Positions 1 through 14,429 are shown, counted from the stretch's first letter. The stretch is 64,000 nucleotides of DNA from Chrysomallon squamiferum (GCA_012295275.1 CM022665.1:3968001-4032000); one strand, 5' to 3'. Translations and numbers: made by a program. The notes: generated from the letters alone by a model not told the origin.

Positions 1-279
1 TACCTAATTCATGCTTATGTATGCAGTTAATCCTTTATTTCAGATGTTTAAAAGTAACAAAGAACATTCTGACATGGTGCCAGATTTACTCCAGTAATAA
101 AATTCTAAGTGTTTAATGAGTTTTTGTTCTTCTTTTTTTTTCTTGTATATATAGTTTAATAGAAAAGAGTTCAAAATAATTCTGACTTAACTAACCAGAA
201 TAAAAATTTCAGTTAAACAAATAAATTAGGATTTATTTAAAAATATATTAATTTGTATTTGTTTTTTTTTTTTTTACAG

Positions 280-417
280 AGTTGTTCATCTCCTGTGGTT
301 GTGAAGTTCGCTGATACACAAAAAGAGAAAGAGGCCAAGAAATTACAGCAAATGACAACTAATCTGTGGAACATGTCACTGGGTGGTCTTGGTGCTCTTG
401 GACCACAGTACTTAGCT
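280..417 (+). CDS. CELF1/2: CELF1/2-like RNA-binding protein, internal exon (end of RRM2, start of linker); gene begins upstream of the window
   Basis: tttttacag|...|gtaag, 138 nt, phase 0-0. Translates [46 protein letters not shown], matching the CELF1/2 motifs [14 protein letters not shown] and LGPQYLA. Confidence 0.95.
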
Positions 418-982
418 GTAAGATAAAACAAATGTGCTCTCTGGTTTTAATTTTAATTTGTACTATAAGGTCAGTGTCAAATGGATTTAACTGCAGAATT
501 TTAAATTCTGTTATGAGTCGAAAATGTTGTGATTGCTGCAGAAGAAATTTTAATGCATTTTCTTTTTTTTCTTTTTTTCTTTTTTAAACAATAATCTGTT
601 CATCCACAGCCTATTTGTAATTTCCTCTTTCATTTAATTTTGATAAATTACATATAATAGCTGACTGAAGTAGTCTGTCTAGCTGAAATAGCTATTATCC
701 AGCCAACATCTCACGTTATTAAAAACATTTTGTATTGAGTGCAAAAACTGGGATGTCACACCAGTGACTGCTCATAATCCTATGAAACAAATACACTTAA
801 TCACAGTTTTTAAAATTAAGAAAATAATGCCATTGTTAAATTACTAATAATGATTCTTTTTTTTTTGGGGGGGGGATAATAAAACATGTCAAAATAGAAA
901 TAGCTATGGTGAATTAATTTCATTGCATTCCAGACACCTTCATGGATTCCATAAATGTTTATTTTTTTTTTTTTTTTTACAG

Positions 983-1034
983 TTGCTACAGCAAGCAATG
1001 ACCAGCAATATGTTCAACAATATGGGAAGCATAG
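983..1034 (+). CDS. CELF1/2: CELF1/2 linker exon
   Basis: polyT-acag|...|gttagt, 52 nt, phase 0-1. LLQQAMTSNMFNNMGSI follows QYLA, as LLQQ does in vertebrate CELF1/2. Confidence 0.9.
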
Positions 1035-1411
1035 GTTAGTAATTGATAGAAAATTCTGCAAATACATTAAAAAGTTCTTTTTATGGTATAGCTAATGTTT
1101 CGAATTCTACATCTGCATACATACTTGTTTAACAATAATTAATTTAACATCCTATTTCATATTAAAATTTGGAAAAACCCCAATTGATTTTGATATTTTA
1201 AATTTGAATTAAGTATACCATGAGCTCTGTGTTTATAATTAAGAAGCAGAAATAAAAAAAAGTCCATTTGAAAAGTATTCATGTATTTTATTAATTGATT
1301 ACAATATTTAATTACTGATGTCTTTTAAGTTAAAACAATAAGAATATAATTTATTTATTTATTTATTTCATTTTATCTTATTTTAATAATAAAAAAATAT
1401 ATATATTTCAG

Positions 1412-1495
1412 ACCATTGTAATTCTGGCTTGAACAATCTCGGTGTCCAGCAGTTAATGGCAGCAGCAGCAGCAGCAGCAGCAGGAAATAACCCAG
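1412..1495 (+). CDS. CELF1/2: CELF1/2 linker exon (poly-Ala)
   Basis: tttcag|...|gtatgt, 84 nt, phase 1-1, open frame DHCNSGLNNLGVQQLM(A)nGNNP. Confidence 0.85.
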
Positions 1496-3145
1496 GTATG
1501 TAACAAACAACTAATTGTTTAATTTTTTTTGTTAACTGACATACTAAATTACGTGAATAGGCTGCCCTGACTCCTTGATTTTATTATTTTGTTAAATATA
1601 AAGATTATTTCTTAAGATGTAAATGATAATGTAACAAAAAAAAAAAAATATATATATCTATATATTTTTTTTTAAACAGGGCTGCCTATGCATCACATTA
1701 GTTTGATATTATTGCATTTATGTTACAATGACAGAGCACTGGGCATGTTAACAAGTTTATATTTTAGAAATAAAAGCATCATCTAGTTACTACTGTAGTT
1801 ATTGACAACCTAGATACTATGTTCATTATTAATATCAGCTGGCAAAATATGTTTTGTCTGTTACGTTTCAACAGTTTGAAAATAATGAACTACTAAACAA
1901 AATCTGGAAGTGCATTTGTACACATTATGTGATTCACACAAAATGGTTCAGTTTTAAAATGGCCAGCATTTTCTTGAAATAACTGTACAAGCAGATTAGA
2001 TAATGAATTGTTCATGGTTGCAGTGTATCTGTATATAGCCAAACTTTAATTACTTAAAATTCTATTAGAAAGAAAACATTGTTCAAAATTACTCATAATG
2101 GACAAAACCTTTTCAGAATAGCTGTATTTAGTTTCAGTGCCAGATGATTCAGTTATTTTTTATATTACTTCAAAATACACTGTGACCTACTAGAAATGGA
2201 GAAAACAAATTGCATAAAATGATATAAAAAAATGTGATATTCATACTCATTTAAATTGGCTAATAAAATAAACATAAACAGTATTCTGAATACAAACAAA
2301 ATGCAAATTGGATATATAAACAAACAGAATACAGGTCTGAAGTAACATAATTTATAAATTTACAAATAACATTAAGCATTCAAATGACAGTATAGTTACT
2401 ATATATATTTTGGGGGGCGTTTTTGATTTTTCTCTTATTTATTTTATTTTTCTCCATAATTAAATTACGCCAGATGAGAGTAACATTTCTGAATTTTGTC
2501 TGTGAACAGTTCCATATAAAATACATTAGATAAGACATTAATGAAATTTTAGAATAACAAATTTCAGTAACAAATGGAGTTATTTAAGCTGATTAGCTGT
2601 TCTTTTTCTAATTATGTTGTACAGAAAATAACTTTATATATTATTTTTATTTTTATTTTTAAACAGATTGTGTTCAAGTTATATTATATTTATCTACATA
2701 AAAATATTTTTAGATATCTTGTGGGAGGGGAAGAAAAAACAAATTGATTGTACAATATACTGCTTTTATAAAACTAAGGCACACATGCACAAAAAGATTC
2801 AAAATTTTATCCAGCATATTCAGTTTTTGACATTTTAATATTGAGAATCTGGCATTAAATTTGTGTTTTATAACATTAATTTTTTTTAATTATTATTATT
2901 TTTTTATATATATATTATGCTGTTTCAGTGATAAATACCTTTCTATATTACTTTATTAGAAAGTAAATTTTTTATGTTGATGAAATAATGAAAAATAAAA
3001 CCCAATGTGAGTTGTAGTTACTTTAAAAGTTCTTTTAATAGTCCACATAAAGTCATAAATATATTTAACTATCTCTTTATTGTTTATTTTTAAAATTTTA
3101 TTTCACTTAATTAGGAATTTCTAAATTGATGACTATTATTATTAC

Positions 3146-3203
<58 letters not shown>

Positions 3204-3460
3204 TAGTGGACTTGCGAAGAATTTATTCATTTATTTATTTAGTAGTAGTTTATTTCAGGGTTTTATTTATTTTATTTTTTTTATCATTATTATATTATTA
3301 TTATTATTTATTAGATCTGTATTATTATTATTATTACATTTTTATTACTTTGCAAGGGATAGATTAATTTGTTAATAATAATAATAATAATAATAATAAA
3401 GTACTCAAGTCATTGGTACTTTCTACATCTAATGTCTGTTTTGTGTGCTGTGTAATGCAG

Positions 3461-3559
3461 GCCTACTGGCTGCGTTGGCAGGTCTGAACGGCACTGCCAG
3501 TAACAACAACTCCCTGCCCAGTGGCAACTCTAACCTCAACACAAACAACAACCAGTCAG
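3461..3559 (+). CDS. CELF1/2: CELF1/2 linker exon (Asn/Ser-rich), probably a cassette
   Basis: tgcag|...|gtatct, 99 nt, phase 1-1, GC-elevated, open frame GLLAALAGLNGTASNNNSLPSGNSNLNTNNNQS. Confidence 0.8.
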
Positions 3560-6500
3560 GTATCTCTGATCTAAAGACTTGTCAGTTCACAGTTTGATGC
3601 ATTCAGTTTGTGCGCGCATGTGCCTTGCATCTGTTTCAACTAGTGTCTGTTTTTAAACCATAATCAGCTGCTTAGAATTGTTAAGTGAATTGTGTCCAGG
3701 TATAAATCAAATTACATTTGGTTCCAAAATGTATTTTTAGTATTATTATTATTTATTAATTTATTTATTTTTTATTTTTTTTTATTATTTATTTGTTTGT
3801 TTCTTTGTTGTTGTTATTTTTTTTTTTTTTTTGTTGGGGGGGTGGTTGTTACTGTTTTTTTCAACAACAAAAAATTTGGGTGGGCGGTCAAATTCTGAAT
3901 TTATTATTTATTTTAATGTAGATTTTTAAAGATCAAAAATATCTAGCATCTTTTATAAAATGCAATTAAAATTAATTACAGAAACTGAACAGTTGGTAAA
4001 CCATTTACTAACAATGAAATAAGACTCTTTTTTTTAATTCATTCTTTCTTTCTTTCTTTCTTTCAATCTCATTACTATTATTTTAATTTTTTATTTATTT
4101 ATTATTTATGGTTAAGACCTAAATAAAATAATAAAGAATATAAAATAACATTTCACCCCTTTCTCAGTAGAATCAGTGAGATCGATTCCAGGTCAAAAAA
4201 ACAGAAAAGAAAGATTTTTATTCCTTTAGTTAAAAATATCAGTTTTCTAATTTCGTTGAAATAATGTGCTTTTGGCATTTTTCACTGGAATAATTGCTGA
4301 AAATTGTGATACTTTTACAGTTAAAAACAAATGTCTGTTTCTGTGGAGTTACTTTTGTATATGAGACTTAGGTTTCATAGACTAATTTATCAAACATGAT
4401 TTCTTTATATTGAGTTGTCATTACCTTTGGAACCAGTAAGCACATTTTTTTTTTTTTTTTTTTTCCCCTCATTTATAATTTCATGGGAAAATGGAAAGAT
4501 AAAAATTTCATTGCTATTGATTTTGCAAATTTTTGTTAGATTGAATTAAATTTTATAAAAAAAATAATTAATTGTTTGGGCATTAATGATTTGTATAATT
4601 ATTTTATTTATATGAGCTGTACTGCTTGAATTTTAAATTTTTTTTTTTTTTTTAAATTTAAATTCCTGATGGAAATAACTTAAATTTTTAAGATTCTTCC
4701 AAAATATTACAAAAAAAAAACAATATTAATAAAATAAAATAATAAAGATTACATATTTTAACAGCAAGCAGAAATAAAGGGTTAATTTAAATTTTATGCA
4801 GTTCATCAGAAATAATGAAATCAGTTCTATTTTTATTTCACAGATAATAAAATCTCTGTAATGTAATTTTACTGTTAAGATTTATGTAAGGGCATGCAGA
4901 AACAAATGAACACTATTAAAATAAAAATGAATTGAAACTTATTTTAATTTTTATACATTTCAACAAAAATGATTACTTACATTATTAATAATTCTATTTT
5001 TGAACTGAATTATATAAGCTAACAGAAAGAGTAAACCAAAATGAACATAATAATTTTTATTTTATTTATATTAACAGTTCATGAAATGCTGTTGAATTGA
5101 AGTTCTGATAAAAATAAATATTTTAGAAAGAAGCAGAAAGAACACTAATAAAAATAATTGAAAAAGTATTTTTTAATTCTAGTACAGTCATTAAAAACAT
5201 ACTGAATTTTATTTTACTTTACTACACTTTTTTTTTTTTTCTTCTTCTCTTTTTTTCTATACTGTAACATTTTATTTTTATTTATTTATTTATTTATTTA
5301 TTATTACTATTATTATTTAAATTACAGTTCTTTCCGAAAACCTGGAACTATAACATTCACTATAACACATCCTATGCAGCTGTTAGTGTTGTGTTTAGCA
5401 GACTTGTGTTGCACATAGCCTTTTCTTTTAACATGTGTCTACTCATATCTTGGCACATTGTCATCATATCAACCACTGTTAGCTCGCTGTGTTTTGCTTA
5501 CCTTTGTCCAGTATTCAGAGTTCCTGTAATGTCCACTGGAAAAAAAAAAAAAAAAAAAAAAAAAAAGTGTATATTTCTTTTGTTTGCCAGCTTCATTTTG
5601 TTTCTGATTGTTCCATGTATCTAATTTTTGCATGTTTTCATTTACATACTTAAATTTTATAAATTTATTTATTTATTTATTCAGTTTTGTTTTCTTAATA
5701 CCCCTTGTTATTTAATGATTTTTTAAAATTTAACTTTATTTTTGGTATTAAACTGGTTATTGATTCAAAAATAAAAATAGAATTCTCTTTTGTGGTTCAT
5801 TGTAAGGAAAGATGACAGTATTTTTAATATTTTTAATATTATTAAATTTTTGGTTTTATGTGAAATTGAGTTATTTAAATTCCAATGCCTGGAAATATTG
5901 TGATTTTTGGACTTTTTTATCCTTTTTGATTTATGAAATATGGTCTAGACATTTGTTATCTGCATGTTTTATTCATAAACACCAATGTATATATAAATAT
6001 TATTTTTGTTTCATATATTAATCTAAAAAAAAGGAAAAGAAAAAAGAAATTAAAATACGCAGGCAATTTTCAGCAAGAAAACCTTAAATATTTTAATAAT
6101 GACCATGTAATTTTATTAAAAGTTAGAACAACATTAATTAAATCACAATTGTCTGTCTAAAAAAAATTATAAAATAAATAAGCATTACATTTTTATGAAC
6201 TGGTCATGTTGACACTTCACCTGTTTGTAATTATTTTCTAGAAAAAACCAAAAATTATTAAAGGACAAATTTTAAAAATTATATTTCTTCAAAAGATTTA
6301 TTTTTGGTTGTTGTTTGGCATGATTGAGTTTAATAATGCCAGGAACAAATAAATGCAGGATTTCAGATCTTTGATTTATAACTAAGTTTCCAGTATAAGA
6401 AAACATACTATTGTATAAAGACACTGTTGAAATTAATTGAAAAAGAAAATAAATAATAAAAATCTGCAGACAACAACAGTATAAAAATATAAATATACAA

Positions 6501-6896
6501 TGTTTGGATAGTAAACTTGTCACTGAAAATCGGGTTTACTGATCCTGTTATGCTTTTAATTAATTATTTTTTATTATTTATTTATTTATTAAAAAAACAA
6601 CAACTTGGCACTGTGAAAAAGAAACCAGTTTCTTCAGTTAGAGTTTATGTCAGTGTAGTGCTAGCATTCTCCAATGTTAAAAAGCCTTGTATTACACATT
6701 AAATTCTTTATAATAATTGAATAATATTAAAATCCTAAAATTGATCAAAATTAAAGAAACATGGTAATACACATAATTATCATTTCAGTATGTATGAAAA
6801 AGTTTTAAAATAATTGAGCTGATTATAAAAACATCTCGACAGAAAGTAATAAATAATATAAAACCCAAAATGTATGTGTATTTAAAAATAATGATT

Positions 6897-6927
<31 letters not shown>

Positions 6928-8202
6928 AAAATTCTGTTAAATTGGTATATAAATGTATTATAAATTTAAATATGGAAGAAACAAAAAAGAAAACTACCAA
7001 CGAGACATTTGGCAGATTGTTGGTTATTTTTGGTATTTGTAGAGGGTGATCTCATCATGCTATATATGTCATCACCAAGTTTATATGCACTGTATCATGA
7101 TTAATCTTTTTCTAGAATAGATTTTTATTGCACCATGAATGACAGATTTATTATTTCTGTATGCCAACCAGGCTATCATACAAACACACATAGTTTTTTC
7201 TTTTGTAAGCATTTTTAAATTGTGTACTTCATAAACTTCTTCACAGTTCACTTTGGAGAAACTATTGTTGGTTTTGCCATGAGCATGATAAACACATAAA
7301 TTTTTATTTTTTTAAAATGTCAGGAAAAAAATAAATCTTAAATTGAAAGTAACTACTGTTTGGACATTGCAGTTTTCCAAAATAGTTTTCTGCAAATTTC
7401 TAAGAATTCTGAACGTTTTTATTTTAATTTTATAATATTTTATTATTTATTTATTATTAATTTTTCTTTATTTTTTTTTATTTTTTTTTATTTTTTTTTT
7501 TTTCTCTCGCTGTCTTATAGATGTCACTTTTTATATTTCTTGAACATTCTTACCGTAGGCTAGATATAGATTTTTTTTTTTTTTTTTTTTTTTTCACTCC
7601 TTGAATATGCTTTTAAAACCTGACCTTTCACATTTAAGAAATTAAAAGGTAATTATATAGAAAAATAGCTGAGATATATTTTATGATTCTTAGTTTGTTA
7701 TTCTTAAAATAAAATAGCATTTTATTTATATCTGTTTGTGTGTTACTCTCTGTTTGATGAAAATGTTGCGTTATTTTTTTTTTCCTTGGTTGATTGTGGG
7801 TTGTTTTTTGTGTTTTTTTTTCCTCAAAGAATACATAAACATTTTGTTTCAATTTTTTATTTTATTATTTTTTGTTTTTTTTAAAAATCTCTTTCGCCTT
7901 TTACTAAGCAACAAGCAAATCTACCCATTAACAAAATACATGTTATTTGTATCTTGTTTCTATCACTGTTTAGCACAATTAACATACCATATATGTTGGT
8001 GGATTTTTTAATTTTATTTTTTTTTTTTTTTTTTTTTAAATATACAAAATAATTTACTATCAGTTATCAAAACAAACTCAAAAAGATAACGATAAAGATA
8101 ATGATTTTATTCTTTGTAATAATAATAATAATAATAATAATAATTTTAAAAAAAGCTTCTTTATTTTTTAATTCATTTTATTATTTAAATTGTCTGTTGC
8201 AG

Positions 8203-8277
8203 CACAATCTCAGAATAATATGCATTTATACAACTTATATGGCATTGCTGCCTTATCTAATCTTGCTAACAATCCAG
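8203..8277 (+). CDS. CELF1/2: CELF1/2 linker exon, probably a cassette
   Basis: ttgcag|...|gtaaat, 75 nt, phase 1-1, open frame AQSQNNMHLYNLYGIAALSNLANNP. Confidence 0.75.
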
Positions 8278-9457
8278 GTAAATGGCTTACATTCCAGTGA
8301 GATTTGGCTTGTTAGCAGACTAGTTTTTCCGCCTGTATAATGGAGTGACACTGCTAATAAGAATTTTTCTACAATAATTTGGTTGTTGTTGTTGTTGTTA
8401 TTTTAGTTTATTATTATTATTATTATTTATAATTTTTAAATTTTAATTGTTTAAATAACTGTATATACATCCTAGAACATACATAGTTTTATTATTTTTA
8501 TTTTTTTATTTTTTTATTAAATTGGTTTAGCATTCTTGAAAATATTTTCTAGAAAAATTACTTTCCCAGTAACTGATTTGCTTGTGCTGTAAAAAGGTTG
8601 AACATATTTACTATTATTATTTTATTTCTTCTAATGTTTTTGATTTTTTTTTAAATTGAATTCCTTAATTTTGTTTTGATTTTTTTAAGTTATGTTTTGA
8701 TGTCGTTTATTGCTTTCCAAATATTTGTACCTTGTCAACAGTTAATTTAAAAAAATAATTTTCACATGCGCAAACTTAACTTGTTTCTTTTCCAGAATAT
8801 TCTGTTTCAAAAGATAGTTTGCTATAAAAAAAAATTCACGGCTTTTGAAATGTATGTTACTGACAGGCCTTGCCTTTTATTTTTCATTTCAAATGTATAC
8901 CTGTATGTGCATGTGAGACAGCCTTTTTTTATTTTGTTTTTGTTCTTTTTTTAATTTTTTAATTTTTTTTACTTTTATTTTTTTTATTATTTTTTTTTTT
9001 TTTCACATTTACAAAGAATATTTTTAAACACATTTCTGGACTGTAAAGTTTAATATCAGACTGTTGATTATTATTTTATATCAAAAGTACAATAATTTAT
9101 AAACCTATTGTTCAAAAATAAATTAATTTGATAATTTTAAAAATTTATTGTCATCTCAAGCTGATATTTTTATTTCTTATTAATTGTTTACGATTCTATT
9201 CAGTAAGATTAAAGTGTATGATTTAAATTTTTAATGCAAAATTCTTTAAGGCATTGTCATCTTCTCCTTTACTGATTTCCAATTTAACACATATCTATTT
9301 AATCACTTAGGTTTGTGGATTCGAGAAATGGAGCAAAAAATGAATAAAATTGGTGGAAAAAAATAGTGCTGTGGTTTTATAGAAAAGCCAATTACTAGAT
9401 AAGCAGTGAATTCGTTTCTTGTTTATTATTAAATGATGATTGATTCTGTTTTTGCAG

Positions 9458-9538
9458 CAGCACTGAACAGCCTTGGAATACAAAATGTGGCAACTCTGAA
9501 CCAGATAGCAGCTGCATCAAGCGCTCCCAATATATCGG
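9458..9538 (+). CDS. CELF1/2: CELF1/2 linker exon with NAGNAG acceptor
   Basis: ttttgcag|cag...|gtaatt, 81 nt (78 nt from the distal AG), phase 1-1, AALNSLGIQNVATLNQIAAASSAPNIS. Confidence 0.82.
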
Positions 9539-10148
9539 GTAATTTTTTTCAAGTTTTTTTTAATTTTTGATTTTATTTAGGTGGTTTTTTTTTAGGGTTT
9601 ATTATAATATGATTTCAATCTTCTTCACTGGTACACATCCTCCAGGTAGTCTGATTAATCAAAACAGAATTGCTTAACAAAGACAAGCTCTCAGATTGAA
9701 GTCTTGAAGTGCTTTGCTTTGATGTAGTGTTTCTGTAAATCATTATGTTGATTTCATTAGAATTAAAATTTATAGAAAGAGTTTTGCCCATTCTTTCCTT
9801 TATTTTATTATTATTATTATATTTTCATTTTAGTCTTCTTTTTTTTTCTTCTTTTTTTTTATTTTTTTTTTTTTCAAATTAGTTTTAAATGAAATCTGTT
9901 GACTCTTAAATGTACAGAATTTGAAATAAATTTTTAAGAATGGGATGACTGTTACATTTACTCAGAAAGTCATGAAATATCCAAATTAAATGAATAGCAA
10001 ACACTCTGATTTGAAACATTGTCAATTAATAAACTACATTTTTCTAGCCATGCAAGGGAAATATTTTACTGGTAAGAGGGATGGTTGTACTGTAACGTTT
10101 TGTAATTTCTGGTGTTTATTTTAGTGATAAACAGTATTACATTATTGT

Positions 10149-10187
<39 letters not shown>

Positions 10188-10237
10188 TTTTTTATTTTTT
10201 TTTTTTTTTTTTTTTTTTAGTTTTATTTTTATTTTTA

Positions 10238-10268
<31 letters not shown>

Positions 10269-12309
10269 TTTTTAGTAAAACAAATACATCTGTGAATGTA
10301 ATTTAATTCTGTCTTGCATATGGTACACATTTAATGAGTGTGTGTGTGTGTGTGTGTTTTAAAACATATTTAAAAAAAAATTATTATTAAGATAATACAA
10401 ACCATTCAGAAGAAATCCATATTGGTATTTACATTCCATTATAAAATGTAAAACAAAAATGAATTATTAATAAGTTTTCAGTTGTTGTAATGTGTATTTC
10501 AAATGGTTTTTTTGTTGTTGTCGATGTTGTTGTTTTCTCCATCAACATTTATTTATCTATTTATTTTAGCTATTCATTCCCATCAATTATTACTCTTTTT
10601 TTTAACATTTCATTTATATATTTATTTATTTATTTTTAATTTATTATTTATTCATTCAATACCATGATAAATAAACATGCATGCTCTCATAAATCATGAT
10701 TTTTAACAATTTTTGAGTTCACTTTGAATTAAATACTTACTACTCAAAAGCCTAAAAACAAAAATAGTTCATAGAAAATAAATCAGATGGAGCAGCATTT
10801 CTCAACTGTATTTCTTGTATCCCTGGGGCTCTGCAAGCTCTATACTAAAAATCCTGTTATAAAATAATTAAGTGAAAGACCAAGACATTAAAACTAACTA
10901 ACTAACTAAATAAATAAATCAATCAATAAATAATTTTAAAAATTTAAAATATACCTTTATACATTTCCTGCCTTTATTATTTTTATAGATAAAAACTGTC
11001 ATTTTTTAACATTTTTTACTTCATTTTTTTGGTTTAAATTTATAAAATAAAGGTTATTTCTTCCCAGAATGTAACAGTACAAGAAACATGAATTAAGGGA
11101 ATGTACTCTGTATAATAATAATAATAATTTTAAAAACTGAAAATATATTTGCCACTGATAAAAAAAATTTAAACAAATTAAAAAAAACATTCACTCGTAT
11201 ATCATTAATTTTAGGAAAATAAGTAGTGAATAATAATAATAATTGAGAACTGCTGATCAAATGATTTTAGTTCTGATTCTTTATTAATCAAAATTACCAA
11301 CTGTCATGTGATGATTTGGTGGTTTTTAGATATAGTTCGAAGAGGAGATATGACGAGAGGTATTAAGTTCTCGGTGTCAACTTGAAAGTTGTGATAAAAA
11401 GAAAGTGTGGCAATGTTGTTATGTAACGTTCTTCATTTAGATTTGTTTTTTGTTTGCATGCTGTTGCAATATTCTACAGTATTGTCAGTTTTGTTTATGT
11501 TTTCTCTTGTTTGCTGCAGCAATCTTTTAAGGGCTTCTTAATTTTCAACACTTACCATTCTTGGAATTAAATACCAGAAGGTTCCAAACAATAAGGCAAC
11601 CCCTTCAGTTAAGAATATAACTGCCATGTTAAAAGTAGCTGTCACAGGTGTTTCTTAGTCATTTTATTGTAGCATGTTCATGCCACTAAATTCTGAAGCA
11701 TATTTAAAAAAAAAAACAAACCAGAACAGCAGTGTAATGTAACTTTAGCTTTTGAGGATGTTTTATGTGTAATTGTAGGGCAAAAGAAGACAATAAATTT
11801 GTTATTTATATAAATGTTTAATTGAATTTATAAAAATAACTGAGTTAATAGTATGTTTTAATTTTAGAAAAGTTGAGATTAACATTTGTTTTCAAGTTAC
11901 AATTAATGTAAAATCTAGTGACATCTAAGCAGTAAAAAGTATTTCAGTTTCTAAAATGTTTAAAAGGAAAAAAAAAAAAAAAAAAAAAAACAAGGGGGGG
12001 AGGAACTAACAAGAAAAACTATTTTCTCTGACTATTTTCAGTTTAATGAATTAATTTTTTTTACTAGGTACTTAAGTATTTGATTTCAATTAAAAAAGAA
12101 AACCAATTAGTGTGTAGCCCTTTTTTCTTCTTTCTTTTTCTTTTTTCAATTTACTATTTGAAAATTGTTTTTAACTGATTTGTAAAATGTGTTGCAATAT
12201 ATTTTGCATCTATATGAGCTTATAATTAGTTCGATGATTTAAAGACAAAAAAAAGCATGTGCTTAAAAATAAAAGGTTTCAGATGTTGGTTGAAATAACC
12301 CATAAAGTT

Positions 12310-12362
<53 letters not shown>

Positions 12363-12484
12363 GTATAATAACTGATTACCTGATCTGTTTATTGCTTTAT
12401 TTTACTAATTTTTTTTTTTTTCCTCCAGAAAGTTGGTTTTACATTATTTAAATTACATTTGGAAAATAGGTTTCTTTTTCACCT

Positions 12485-12518
<34 letters not shown>

Positions 12519-12976
12519 TTATTTATTGACCTTTTTTCTTTGTTGTTTTTACTGATAAATATATTTAACTGAATTATATTTTCAAGACAGAAACAGTGGA
12601 TTTCATGTTTATTGTTTAATTTCTTATTTGTTTAAATTTATTATCGCAACATTGCACGCTGTAAATTTTCATTGCGTAGCCTTAGTTTTAATGCTGCTGT
12701 TTCTTTCCATGCATGCATTGCTTATCAAGAAAGTCTCCAAAGTAGCAGATTGGCATAAAGGGAGATAATTCATTTCTCAACAATAATAAGAAAATATTAC
12801 ATACATTACACAGAGATTCAAGTATTAGGATATTGTATTGAATATACCTGAATGTATATTCTTTCTTTCTTTCTTTCTGTTTATTTAAATCGCTATCATT
12901 ATTAGTATTATGTTTTAATTATTAATATTATTATTATTAAATATATTATTATTATTATTATTATTTTGTATTACAG

Positions 12977-13174
12977 GCACTATGACAGGGACAACAAGCT
13001 CTAACAGTTTTGGAGGTCTGTCCAGCTTGCAGAATCTTGGCAGTAACAATGTGTCCAGCATGTCTGGCTTGTCCCCAGGTGTTGTTGCGTCCAGCATGAA
13101 TGGCATTGGTTCCAGTAACCCCTCCAGCATGGACACTCTAAGCCAGGCTTACTCTGGCATCCAGCAGTATGCAG
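12977..13174 (+). CDS. CELF1/2: CELF1/2 linker exon with the conserved QAYSGIQQYA motif
   Basis: ttacag|...|gttggt, 198 nt, phase 1-1. Ends MDTLSQAYSGIQQYA, a CELF1/2 motif; overlaps ORF 12982..13215. Confidence 0.95.
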
Positions 13175-14420
13175 GTTGGTGCAGTCAGCTTTTATTACTA
13201 ACATCAACATTTTAATGATGTTAACTGATTTCTGTTGCTTTATATTCTGATGTAAGAAGATTTAATCCGAGTTAGAAATGATGGCCAAATGTTTAAAAAA
13301 CAATCGTTAGGTTTTCGTATACGCTTTGGAAATTACTTTACGGGATACGTATGGCTTATGATTATTATTTGATTAAAAAGCCAATAACATTTTTCATCAT
13401 ATGGTATAGTCATTTTGCATGTCCTGTTCTGAAGAATCACAAAATGTTTTGAGTTGTCATTTTTCTTAGAAAAATGAAATGAATGTATGATGTGTATATT
13501 CAGCTTGGTATGAATTTTTTGTTTGTTTGTTTGTTAAAATACTTGAAAATTTACTGTATTTTGACTTTAATAAGTATTCACATTATGATAAGATTGTTTT
13601 CTGTTCTATTCATTTTTGTTCAAAGGCTGATAGAATTTATTTACTTAAAAATAAATAAAAAATAAATATTTATTTCATTTATTTATTTATTTATTTATTT
13701 TATTTTGCAGTCCTTTATGAATGATTAAATGCTAGATCTTAGTTTATGCATTTTTTTGTACTTTTGTATCTTTTTTTTTTTTTTTTTTTTGCCACTGTAT
13801 CGTGAAGTAAAACATTCTGCACCTGCAGGCTGCCTCTTTCACATATGCTTTAAATCTTCTTTTTTTTTTTTTTTCATTGTAAAGTAGTTTTGTGTAATAC
13901 AGTGTTAGAAGATAATAAATAATTAAATAGTGTGTGTGTGTGTGTGTCAGAGAGACAGACAGACAGACAGACAGAGAGAGAGAGAGACCTTTACAAATTA
14001 ATTTTTTTAAAACAGCTGAACAGATTTAGTTACTTCAAGTTACATTTGCTATTAGTTTTGTACTTTCTTTTTCTGATAGTTATTATATTTTTCAAGACAA
14101 AATGAATTAGTTGATACTTAAGCAGTGGTTTGTTTAATGGATTTTAATTTACTAATATGTTAATAACTTCATTCAGAATAAATTCTCTGACAAAATCATG
14201 AAATTTCAAACTTACCTTGCATATAATATAAATAAAAGGTAAAATAATAACCAGACTTAAAAATAAAAAATAATAATAATAGTAAATAAAAAGTTGATTA
14301 ATCTAGTTTATAAAACTTCATCAGTTATTTAAAAAAAATAATAAATAAATAAAATAAAAAATTATTAATTTAATTAAAAACATTATTAAATCTAATATGT
14401 TGTTATTTTTGTTTTGACAG

Positions 14421-14429
14421 GCTTCTCAG
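14421..14429 (+). CDS. CELF1/2: Candidate 9-nt microexon of CELF1/2 (adds G-F-S)
   Basis: tttttgttttgacag|GCTTCTCAG|gtaatt. Frame-preserving phase 1-1, ctaat branch-like motif upstream, (T)GCATG motifs downstream. Confidence 0.6.

Noticed and set aside
5330-5540. Possible CELF exon in a complex intronic block
   Set aside because: No acceptor/donor pair giving a phase 1-1 open frame was found; it may be regulatory.
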